A stretch of 64,000 nt of DNA from Patella caerulea (taxonomy: Eukaryota), in contig JAZGQO010000014.1 of assembly GCA_036850965.1 (NCBI GenBank), positions 6,662,208-6,726,207 on the forward strand, in the 5' to 3' direction. Under the pieces are notes generated by a model. It made no database searches, was not told the DNA's origin, and was given only the letters and a program-made list of their open reading frames with translations. Below, one piece after another: positions 12,801 through 24,700 of the stretch; the stretch's first letter is position 1, and each line of letters begins with the position of its first letter. The translations under genes and the position numbers were made by a program.

Positions 12801-15351
12801 AGATTCTTTTTTTTTAGAGTCTTAGCTTTTATATTCCACTATATATCACATAAATGTATACATTATATCTCTTCATCACGAGCAAGAATATAGGTTCAGG
12901 TTTCAGATAAAACTATCGTTAAGCATGTTTGACATATCGAATTTAATTTTCAAAAATGTATATTTATTGAATGATGCTTGAGGGGACGTGTTTTGTAGTT
13001 GGTGTCTTATCAATCAATGTAGATTTTTAGTAGATAAACATATATTATTACAATTATCTTTATATCGACTGCAATATTAAGTAGGCTCGTTAGTGGGAGA
13101 CTCGCCTGCAGAGACTCCAGTTGAGAAGAATATTAATTGATCGTATTTAGCTTAATGGAGTTTCTTTGCGCAGGAATTCACATATAAAATACTCAACATT
13201 AGCAAATTATAGATGAAATGTGTATGCATTACGTGAAAGCTAAATCTGCTTATTAAAGGTCTTTATTGTTGCTTCAAATGTTCTATAAGCATTTATTCAC
13301 AGGACAAGCCTATAACCAACTCTCTAGGCCATCGGTTGACAGAGTTTTAAACGGATTAAACACGTTTCGCCATTAATTTAATGATTTATTTTAGAAATGG
13401 CGAAGCGAGGCTAAGTCTCGGATAACATGTACCGTCGTTACGATAATAAACAATCTGTGCCACATCTTGTCAAAACTTAAAACGAAAATAACTCAGTTCA
13501 GAATCAAGTAATTTGAATGGAATTTTCAGTATGTTAATTAATCTATTATTGAACTATTATAGCAAGAACTACAAACCCTGTATCTAAATCTTATATACTG
13601 CATCTTTAATAGAATTAAACTATAGTAAAAAGTTGCAATTAAATGCTGACTATATAAAAGGATTATAAAACACCCTATAGCATGTACTTTATATTATAGT
13701 CCTTTAATTCAGGTGGATTTATACAGAATTTCATGTCTTATAAAAGTGATCATCTTTACCAACACACCTTGTATTGTGATAGTCAAATATTTTATATTTA
13801 CATAAACTTTCTAAGTTTCTATTTAAAGTAATGTAACCTAGTTTAATTTGGTGATTTTATAATCTTGGTTATATATATGTAACAGATGTTTTACACTTTC
13901 TGAAATGAAATGGTTTGTTCAGATAAAGCTTATGTTAACATTGTCATCATCTTTTAGTTTTGAATTTTTTTAAAATTATGCTTTTTATTTATTGTTGTTT
14001 ATTTTTCTACAAACGTTTGTTTTTAAAAGGGAGTGGGCAGACTAGAGAAAATATCAAAGCCCACCATGCATCAATGTCGTTTAAACACTTTTAATTTTAA
14101 AAGTGTCATTTTCAAGTTCTCTGTAAAGCTTATTTTGAAACATTTATGGAGAGAAAACATCGATAAAAATGAGTTTAATTTGTGTGAAGTTGTGACATAT
14201 GTCGATTGTATCCAACTGGACTATTTGTAAAGACTGAATATGATTATCTGGGTTAATTGGATATGAGGTGATTTGATTATATGAAAATATAATCTGGGTT
14301 TATGTTACAGCAACCTTATATTATGATATAAAAATTGATTATTTTGTGCTATTTCTGCTTTTTGATGAATCAACTTTATATCAAAAAATATAAACTGCTT
14401 TAGCTATTCTTACTACATATTTATTTAAGTCAGTGAGATATAAGTATGAAATATCAAACATTGTTGATTCTTCTAAATGAAATCAAAATGTCAAAGATTT
14501 TAGTGTAGATTGTTGGCAACGCTTGATTCACCATATCTCATGATGACCGAATATAACTTGCCGAATGCTGCAAACTTTCTGTTGGCTATATCATTGAAAA
14601 CAATATGATAGTTTACAATGACCATCTGAGACTTTAATAGGTCAACATTTTACATAGATGAAACCCGTAAAAGGGATTGTGGTATGACCGATCAATAATA
14701 ACTATAACTTGGGATTGGTATTATGGGGACACGGGACTTCTTCATTTCACTTAGTTCCCTTTCTCCCCCCAAAAGGATGTTTTACAGATAGACAGGTATA
14801 GAATGGTGAAGAATTTTACAGGAAAAACGAGTTCCTAATCTACACAATGTTCTGAGTGGCTTCATGGTTGACAGCGCTGCCCTGCCCGTCAGGTGGTTTA
14901 CTCATGACTCTCTGTCCACAGTAGTTTGGTTTGGCGGTTCTTGGGGTAGCTACTAAACCCCTATTTGGGGGGAGGGATTAAATATGGTTCGCCTGCTACG
15001 ACCGTCCGACAAATATATCTCGAAAGACGGTCATATAGAACGTCATTTTATTGACAGAAGTACTTTATTTTAATTATTTCCTCATGGATTACATGGTCAT
15101 TCTTTATCCTTATTGTTTGTTGAAAGTTGTGCACTGTACAAGACAGTGACAAATTTCACATTTAAAGGAACTAAACTAATTTGAAATAGATCAAAATAGA
15201 ACATTGGATTTCTGATAATCTTTTAAGTGACAAGCTGCATACAATTAAAGTTTCTTTCCAAAAACTAAGTTGAGGTCGTTTTGCAAACAAATTTGTGTTG
15301 AACGCTTGGCTTAGGCTCCACTGTGTCGACAGACAGTATACGTTATCCCAG

Positions 15352-15379
15352 AGGGAGAGAGAGAGAGAGAGAGAGGGGG
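15352..15379. repeat. (GA)n microsatellite followed by a G-run.
   Basis: gagagagagagagagagagaggggggggg. Confidence 0.8.
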
Positions 15380-16634
15380 GGGGGAGATGCGTTATGCGTT
15401 ATAATTTTCACAGAGATCATCATATTTTCCTTTTGCGTTCGTCACTTCCCTTTCTTGAATCTTGAAATCTTCATAACGTATCTACATATAGAAGCAATGA
15501 TCTGTGTGTTAAAATTATATACGTGTTTCACCATTGTCCTTTAACATTGTTTTGAATATACAACTGGGCGTAACGTAAAAAACGGTATAAATTTAGTTGG
15601 CGTTGTGTTTTAACGGATCTTAAACTAAATCTCGGTGTCAACACACGAGACCGACATTCCGTGGGCTGACTTTGTGAATTAATAAAATGTCTGATTTGAC
15701 TTAGGTAGACTTTACAAATACCACACTCTTGATAACCATAACGACAATGATGACCGATTTTAATTTAAAATTATTTGTAAAATTCCACACTGTGAAAGTT
15801 GGTAAACTTGAGGGGCCAAGGGCAAATTGTGGGCTGAAACGTCCCAATAATATCATTATTTTTCCCGCAGTAAACATTCATACAGTACGTTAGTTTCAAT
15901 GTGACCACAGCAAATATATATAATAAGATTATGAAGCGAATTATTGAGAAAGCATTGACTTGTACCAGAGTTTAAAAGTTAAATGGCATGTTGACATGTG
16001 AAGTATAACGGATATTGTAAGGTTAAACATCATTGCAAAGTTAAATGTCAGTGATAATATAATTTATTAACTTTTAACTGTTGGCTCTTATCTTTGAAGT
16101 CATTAAATGCTCGGTAGACTTTGTAGTTCTTTCTATTATCCGTGAAATTAGTCAAATCTATAAATTTAGAAACAACGAGGTTATCATCCACTTTTCTCCT
16201 GATGAATGCTGGGCATTTCTCGGGTTGCATTACATATTTTCAATTGGTATAGAAAAAAGACTTCTTGGTCAACCCAGAAGAACTGCTAAAACTCAGAACT
16301 ACATTGCCTTCAAAATGCGCTTCTGTTAAAGCACAAAGAGAATAAATAATATACCAATATTAATTAGAAAGAATATTATCTTCGCTCACGGCCCGGTTGC
16401 CCTTCAATATACAGCAGACATATTCCATCAACACCTGTTGTTTTAATCAACATATATAAGGCTTTTGTATAGAAGTTTTGTTGTAATGTAAATGTAATCA
16501 ACATATATTTTCGTACTATCTTGTTTCATACGTTAATACATTATTGAGTAATATATCGATTAGCTGAACATATACCATTATAACGAAAAATGATACCGAA
16601 CCTCTTCATCGAGTAAGATAACAGATGATAAAGT

Positions 16635-16760
16635 TGTTTATGTCGACTGTTGATATTTTTGCCGTTCTGTTTCTGTTATGTCGACTGTTGATACTGTTGA
16701 TATTTTTGCCGTTCTGTTTCTGTTATGTCGACTGTTGATATTTTTGCCGGTTCTGATTCT
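16635..16760. repeat. Tandem repeat of a ~50-bp unit, about 2.5 copies (TGTCGACTGTTGATATTTTTGCCGTTCTGTTTCTGTTA...).
   Basis: Direct read of repeated units. Confidence 0.6.
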
Positions 16761-17609
16761 GTTGGGCTATTTAGAGTGAGCTTTTCCCTTCCATGAATTT
16801 TGTAGAAATATAGATTTTAATGAGCCACAAATGAATCGGACGCATTATCAAATATCGCAGTTACACCGGGTATGGTTTACATCCCATGGCAACCAGAAGG
16901 GGGATGTATGAAGTATTGCCCTGATAGACAATAATAATACACCCAAAATCCACACGTATCTATATCTGTGTTTAGAAGACATTTTAAATGAAATGAAACA
17001 TGTTAGCCAAATTATTAAAAGGTTTTAAAATGCCAAGAATATGTTATTCAGAGCTTGTTAATGGATCGTCTTTATACAATCTGTGTTAAGAATTTTTTAT
17101 AATTTTATCTTAAGATAACTTTTGTTAGATGTACATTATAGTTTCTTATCGCGGTGAGCATCGATTCACATGGCCAGGCAGCAAACAACTATTATAAAAG
17201 TAAGGTAACTTAGTTGGAAGGACTTAAAATTTTATATTGTGTGATGTGGTACGCAGAGAAACCCCGTAGTTTGTTTATGTGAACCCTAAGGCAATTAAAA
17301 GCAGCTTTATTGTAAGAAAAAATAGCCGGCAGATGATTTTGATGACCAAACCATCATATGTGTAGGAGTTCACTGTGACACTAACCCATACCTTGTAATA
17401 AAGTATGGATTGTACGCTTTATACGTTAAAACTTGCATAGTTTGTTTTCACATTCAAGATCATTTGCTGATAAGATTCCTAATAACACCACATCTCTGTA
17501 AGTTCCATACATGATGTGCATGATAAGGTATTCGGACATACGATTTCTGGTAGTTATATAGTAATAAAGTATCTGATAGTTATAGGGATTCTGATAGTTC
17601 TATGTGAAA

Positions 17610-17878
17610 GGGGACTCAGGTGGCCGAGAAAGTCCATACAGATTTTCCGGCATCTGCAGGGCGGAGAGACTGACGAGCACGACTGTATAGTCGTGCGGAT
17701 GGTATAAAAAAAACCGAGACCCCGTGTACACGTTGGTGTGCACGTAAAAAAAAAATCAGGTGGAATTTACCGTAGTCCCACTGTCCTAGCAAAATTTCTC
17801 TCGTATACCCGTTTTCATTAGCTCAGTTCGGAGCAGAACAGCAGGACGTTAACTCCCATTTCATTTCGATTTCATTTC
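17610..17878 (+). mobile_element. tRNA-derived SINE (family B).
   Basis: tRNA-like head at the 5' end; tail GACGTTAACTCCCATTTCATTTCGATTTCATTTC at the 3' end. Similar to 57552-57896. Confidence 0.55.
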
Positions 17879-18239
17879 TGCTATGATAATTGTATGTAAT
17901 AATAAGGGTTCCGGAAGTTATGAGCTTGCAAATAATGTCATGTAGTGAGGATGTTCCATTTTCAGACGATATTTCTGGTCATACCATTATCATGATTGGA
18001 TCTCTTTTATTGGTCTCTAAATTAGTTATATACGAGGGTTGACTGAAAAGTTCTAAGCTTGAAAAACATAGATGAGTTGGGTTCAAACAAATTTTTTCCA
18101 CCATTAAGTAGAATCATTGAATGAATCATAGACATAAGAACTGCAACTGTAGTGTTATTATTGTCTTTGTACCAGACCATATTGTGACCCTATACAATGA
18201 GCACAAGTGGAAAAAAACTGGCAATAGGACAGTCATCAA

Positions 18240-18720
18240 AGTAGGCCTACCTGCAACTGAAGGGACTAAATCCCAACACAGATACATGCCAGCATGGTCC
18301 TTTAGAGGATGGTGAGCCTTCCTTTTCCACAGTAAAGAAGTGGGCTGTGGGGTTTACGCGTGTCAGTGAGAGCAGTGACCGTGACCCGCGTCCTGGGCGG
18401 CAAGGAAAGAAAACGTTATCCGAGTGCATGACGTCATGGTGATGGTTGATCGACTATTGACCACTTTGCATATTGCCAGTGGTGGCCAACTCTCATGAGA
18501 GGGCTGAGAACCATATCGCCAACGAATTAGGAATGATAAAAGTTTCTGCAAGACGGGTCCAAAACTTCTTCAAGGGCTGCAGATAAGAAACGTGTCAGAT
18601 TCCTGACGCCCCGTGACAATCTGCGCCGTTTTAAAGCAGATATTGATAACTTGTGGCCCGCTTCAGCCACGTCACACTTCCATCTGTTTCCAAACTCGCC
18701 AGTCGTCATTTTCCTAGTAA
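18240..18720 (-). pseudogene. GC-richer island with three overlapping, mutually frameshifted minus-strand ORFs. Possibly a decayed transposase or other pseudogene; identity unknown.
   Basis: ORFs 18709-18527, 18551-18363 and 18429-18247 tile one stretch in three different frames. One translation contains ..MHSDNVFF.., weakly reminiscent of the HDNA motif of DDE transposases. Confidence 0.2.
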
Positions 18721-20709
18721 TAAGGGCGTTATATCAGCTGTGAAGGACCTTCTTTACGGTGGCTGAAGAAAATCTCTTCCTGACCAACATCCAGGCCTTA
18801 CATAATCGTAGGTAAACGTGTGTACACCTTAACGATCGCTATGTAGAAAAATGGTAACCATCTGTACAGGTCTTTCCAGATAGACTTTTCAGCCAGCCCT
18901 TTTAGTTTCTGATAATTCCATGTGGTGATAGGGTTTATGGTAGTTTAATGGCATGATATCATCTAGTGGACAGCGCTATTCCTTCCTTTTTCTATACAAA
19001 AAGCGTTTCTTGGATCGATTTGGTGTTAATTACCTACAACTATATAAGACTTGTAAGCTTTATCGTAAACAAGTGTATTTATACATGAAAGTATAAGCTA
19101 CTGAATAGTGTAACTATATAGGGTCATATATTTTTACCTGTTTACATTATGTGGTCTATGTAAACACAGGTATATAAGAGTATATATAATAACAATAGAA
19201 TGTAAGTTTTTATATATGTAATTATATATAGCTAGGTTAGGTTAGTGTGACCAAATAGGTGTAAAATAAAATATAAATGTACACGATTACATACTAGAAT
19301 TAATATACAGCCTCGTACGCCAACTTGTTTTTATTCTCTGGCTAAATTAAATAACTTATGTGTGCTATTTTCCAACTACCACCTTGCTAAGTTACACCCA
19401 TTTATAATAATGTCCATTTTCATTTATTTGAGAAAAATATACCACATGGGCTCCACGACGTCACTCCAGCGTTTAACGTGACATAACATTGGACAAAAAC
19501 AACTCATACCCGAGGTAACATATCTATAATAGGCCTTTCTGTGCAACATATATAGATATGTCAAGGGCAAAAGTCACTTATAGGTTTTGTGTTCTCATAT
19601 GAATAATAGAATCATGCAAATCATCAGTCAGATTTAATCGGGTAATTTGATTAGATAATTGATTAGTCTCTAAGTTGTTAAGTAAAAAGAAACGAATATT
19701 TGGTTTAACGTTTTACTAGTCTGTAGTGTGTTTATACGGAAAATTTTGCCTGAATATTGACGTTTCCGCCTATTTTACTTTGGATTGCTATCCCCCATCA
19801 CATACAAGGATAAAGCAGACTGGAAAATCCCAAGTAACTTTCTCGCGCCCAACACTGGGGACCCTAGTTGTGAGTGAGCCAACGCCTTAGTTACTGACAC
19901 TGATGCACCGTGGGTCTTTACGTAATAAAAAAGTAAGAATTGTAGCGCCCAAAGCCTTACCCATAGTACAAAACTGTTATTTGAACATTACATTATACAA
20001 TATTGCGTGGGCTTCAATAGCTGTAAAGCTTAAGAGTCTCTACACTATAGAGACACCATTGTAAATATAATACTGTATGAGAATAACAATCAACCAAGCC
20101 GGTTCAACTCATTTCATATTCTGTATTTACAGGTGACCTACCATGCAGTGAAGTTTATTGTGATTGAAACCAGGGACTTGTATTACCAGTACATACTGAC
20201 CCTGTTGAGATGATGATTTGAATTGTGGATATTCTGTGAATAATATTAGTAGTATCTTCAATTTTCCCCCGAAAAGGTCAAGCTTCAGTGGTTTCGAATC
20301 TGGAGACACAACAGCAATAGTTGAGTGAGCCAAGCGAATTGATATAGATATCATTGGCTACATACTAATACCGGTACAGCAAGAAACATCATAGAAGTCG
20401 TGTCCGCTGTTTGTTCCGTCTTATTGGATAGCTGCACCTTTTGGACTGAATTTGGCATGTAGCGGATGTGTGTGTCATAATAATATAGTGATTTAGAAAG
20501 TTTATAAATGCTAGGTCATATGTAACAACCTGTGTAGTTATCGCTCCATAAATTAACTACAGTCTATTGATCGGTACACCACGGTAAACTAGGACGGCAA
20601 CCATGATGGCTCGTCATAGAAATAGATAGACGTTCATCGCCGGAATTTCGTCTTCATCGACTTTTATACTTTTTCTGGATTATCTGTACCATAAGGAAAA
20701 TACTATAAG

Positions 20710-21630
20710 ATGGCGTCGAATCAGATGAAGTTGTATGATATAAATGACAATAAGAGAGAAGATGTCGAATACCACAGAACAGTAGAAGAAGGGCGGGCAC
20801 CAGATTCCTTTCCATGTGGGCACGTGCTGTGTCATCACTGTTTAAGAGAACATGTGAAACCAAAGATGACCAAGTTACAGTGTCCAGTTTGTAGTTCAAT
20901 TACAGAATTACAAAAACCTGTGGATGGTGCTACTTTGGCGTGTGCCGATTCCGAAATTCCCAATATAACCTTGATGTCAAATTTCGACGACATCGTTAAA
21001 AAGTTCAATGGTATAAATTATACGTTACGCCGACTAAAAGAAGAAAATGTGCAGTCCAGGAGTATGGCCATGACATATACTAACAATCATTGTGATTTAT
21101 GTCATGAACATCATGGTACCTTGAACGTTATTCAAGAATACAATCAGCTTACAGTCAGTCACGAGCGACCAATTAATTGGCATCCGTATTTCTATCGTTT
21201 GATGCAAGGGCATGTTGTAACTACGTTCTATAGTAAAGTCAATACTGCTAGCATTTGTGTACCGTGTTCATATAAAGAACTCAGAGACAGTCAACGTTTC
21301 AAAGAACTAGAATATATGCCTGACAGAGAGGCAATCTGCAGACCCGAAACCTGCTTAGCCGAAGTAGGTAAAATCATTGCTAGTGACATTACCCCGGTTA
21401 TGTGCTTACAGGGTAAAAACGTCATCGAAGTCGACCATAAGATTAGAGTTCGTGAGCGAGCAGACCGATTTGATTTCTTTGATACGACTGATCAGATTGA
21501 GCACATGGTTAAACAACAGGAGAAAAGTTTGATTAGAATGGCGAATAAACAAATAGAGGACACTGGTCGCTTATATCACATCCAAGACAGCAGTGAAGTT
21601 GAATACAATAAAGACGAGACGTCGCTGTAA
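20710..21630 (+). CDS. Single-exon gene encoding a 306-aa RING-finger/TRIM-like protein.
   Basis: Uninterrupted 921-bp ORF in a non-coding AT-rich context, with Kozak-like aagATGG. The N-terminus carries C-x-H-x2-C-x2-C...C-x2-C (FPCGHVLCHHCLREH..LQCPVCS), the second half of a C3HC4 RING. A further Cys/His cluster (CDLCHEHHG...) follows, then a helical/acidic C-terminus. AATAAA at 21629-21634 overlaps the stop codon. Confidence 0.65.
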   Translation: MASNQMKLYDINDNKREDVEYHRTVEEGRAPDSFPCGHVLCHHCLREHVKPKMTKLQCPVCSSITELQKPVDGATLACADSEIPNITLMSNFDDIVKKFNGINYTLRRLKEENVQSRSMAMTYTNNHCDLCHEHHGTLNVIQEYNQLTVSHERPINWHPYFYRLMQGHVVTTFYSKVNTASICVPCSYKELRDSQRFKELEYMPDREAICRPETCLAEVGKIIASDITPVMCLQGKNVIEVDHKIRVRERADRFDFFDTTDQIEHMVKQQEKSLIRMANKQIEDTGRLYHIQDSSEVEYNKDETSL

Positions 21631-21634
21631 TAAA
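21629..21634 (+). promoter_or_regulatory. Polyadenylation signal AATAAA overlapping the stop codon of the RING-like gene.
   Basis: taATAAAtc read directly. Confidence 0.5.
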
Positions 21635-21661
21635 TCAATTACCGGATTTACGATAAGACAA

Positions 21662-21662
<1 letters not shown>

Positions 21663-21697
<35 letters not shown>
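21663..21697. repeat. (TA)17 microsatellite.
   Basis: tatatatatatatatatatatatatatatatatat. Confidence 0.9.
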
Positions 21698-21701
<4 letters not shown>

Positions 21702-24700
21702 ATGAAATACAAATAAAAACGCGTGTTTATAGTTTACACTATCGTTTTGAAAATTTTGACGCCATGTTATTCGAAGAAAAGTGTCGACTTATGAAACCTC
21801 AGTTGGATATACATGTATAGACAATTCATAAAGATTAATGAGAATTTGGTTGTTTGACAATTGGATTACTATCTTAATCGATATAAAAGTGTTTCAATTA
21901 GAATTTAAACCATTTTGTATATAATATATTATATTCAAGTGCGTGAGCTAATGTGTATGGAATATCTGGACTGTTTTAGAGCAGGCATTAGTAGACTTTG
22001 TGTTAGTATTATAAGTCATTGTTAAGACAAGTATCATTCTCTATTTGTGTGAACTTCGGGTGTTTCAATAACAAAACATGGTGTTCTATATTCTTGCAGT
22101 GAAGGATATAACGTGAATACAAAAGCCAATGAATATTCTATGCAGTATGCAAGACGGACAATCTAATACCTTTAGATTAGTTCCTAAATATGTTATACGT
22201 TATGTATTACCGTGATTTGAGATTTTGCTTCATAAATAATCTTGCATAACAATAGATAACAGATACATGTATATACATCATTTCCCTTTTCTATCAATAT
22301 TAATGAAGGGGCATTGTTGTTATTAAATATGTTCGTATGACTTGACGCTTACGCTTTCTTAATATTAGTGAGTCAACCCCGCGAGATTTAATACACGGTT
22401 TAATTTAAAGGACACCTTTCACGTGCATGTATGCATAGCATAATACAATTACACTGTATTTTGTTCGACTTGCCACTGGTTAAAATAGTGGTCTATTTAT
22501 AAATATAGAATTGAAACTATGTAATTCCCTAAATGAAAATGTTCAAACATTCCACAATGATCTCACAGTACTAGAAACATTTAAATGAAAAGTCATTCAA
22601 GACACAGCAAACCAGAGCTTACCATAAGCCAAATTCGTATAATTTTAATGTAAAGGTTGCTGTTATGTTTATATAATTAGGCAAGCCTAGGTATCTGATA
22701 AAACCTTAAAGAAGAATGGGTGGGTTTGTACGAAAGAGAAATAACTTTGTCAAACAGACACTTAAATGTAAAACACATAAAAGACGAATAGATCTATAAA
22801 CATAATAATAAATATATGTTAAACACTGATGATTAACGTAAACCAATACATCTAACGAATGGGAAAAACAATTATTATTACCTTATTTATCGAAGATCAT
22901 AAAGATGACGTTCACAATCGATAGAAAACAAAGGAATTTCGAAATACCCATAACATTGCTTGATTTGAATAAGTTTGGGCCCAAAATCTTTTAAATAATA
23001 TTACTGTGTACATAGTCTTAAATTCTATATTATTCTGCCATGTAGGGGGCTTTAACTTATTTGTGACTGCCTTCGTTGTTTATTGTTTGTAACAGTGTTT
23101 TAAGTTTCTTGTTTTCGTGCTGTGAAGTGTATTTCGTTACGTAAGAAACCTAAATCACGTTTTTCTAGAATTCCATCACAATAATGTCGCAGACTGATTA
23201 TACATGTCATTACAGAACGTAGATACCGTAATTACAGATGACAAGAAATAATTATAAATCAATAACATGATGAATATTCCTAGTTAAATTACTAAACATG
23301 TGCTGGATATTTGAGTAATGTTTCCAAAAGGCATATTAACTAACAACAATCATTCAGATGGTATTATGTTGTCTGTCATCTGCAGACTATTCTTGACAAT
23401 TTAATATTTGCAAGAATGATGTTTTTGATGTTGTTTGTTTTTGTGATTAAGCTTCAATTTAACAAAAAAATACAGTCCAACAGGGCAATCAGTCCAACAC
23501 TATCCCGACTAAGCCCTTATTATGGTAGAATATGCTAAATTAAAATTATAGTAGGAATCTCAAGACAATAACTATTCCGATACAATGCTTAGACCGATCC
23601 CACGAGAAGGAAAACTTAATTGCAAGATGTATGAACGTATTGTGCAGCACTAATATTTACAAATCAGAACGTTACAGTTAAACAATCACCACCTTAAACC
23701 GAGAATTACAGAAATTTAGGTAGTTAAACTGGCCACTTTCAGACCTAGGGCTATATTACATGTCATTTATATCTATAGTGATTGACATACTGCATTAACA
23801 AGATGAATTAACATACCAGTCGTTTCCCTATCAAGAGTATATACGAACTTGTTGATACGTATCATAATGACGTCGGATTAAATTACTGGTACATGATTAC
23901 AGTTGCATTGTTCCACTTGACCATACGCATGTACTTTGCATTCACAAAGTGCTGTTTTTTTTGGGGGGGGGGGGTAGATAAGAATAGAGACGAGTGGGTA
24001 ATCTTATTCCTAAACTGACATTGTAAAATTCATAATTATCAATTCAGTCTTTGAATGAATAACCTTTCTCTGATACAATAACGTCATTCTATCTTTAAAT
24101 GAAACACTTACATTAGATATTAAGGGTAAGACATTTGCATCAAAATTAAAAACATTACCCTTTGTAATAAATGTTCTCATACGATCCTTCAGATATTTCG
24201 AAATATTTACTGGTAATACTTGTTATGGGATATATAAACATCAGCAAATTCTCCAAATTAGCCTTCCTGTTTGCTTTCTTTGTTTATTTTTTTTTATTCG
24301 AAACTAATAAAACTGTTTTCAGCTTGTTATATACCCTGTCCTAGAATTATAGATCTGATTTCAAAACGTGTATTTCTTTATAATTCATATTTATTATAAG
24401 ACTCATAAAAGAATGCCTCTACTCTCCAGTGTGAATGCAACTATTTTAAACATACATTATACACATAGTAAATAATGTACATAATACGCCTGTTGGATAC
24501 CTACACGTAATGTGAAATAAAAATACCCCATATATTTTATTTCTTTTGTCATGTAATCATGTATATCTGTCAATCCACAAACCATTTACTTGCCATTACA
24601 TGTCACCATGTTTTAATGAATAAGGTTTTTTTACATGTATCTAATTATATGCATTTGGAGTGTAATACTGATGAAAGATTTAAAGTTTCTCCAATCAGAA

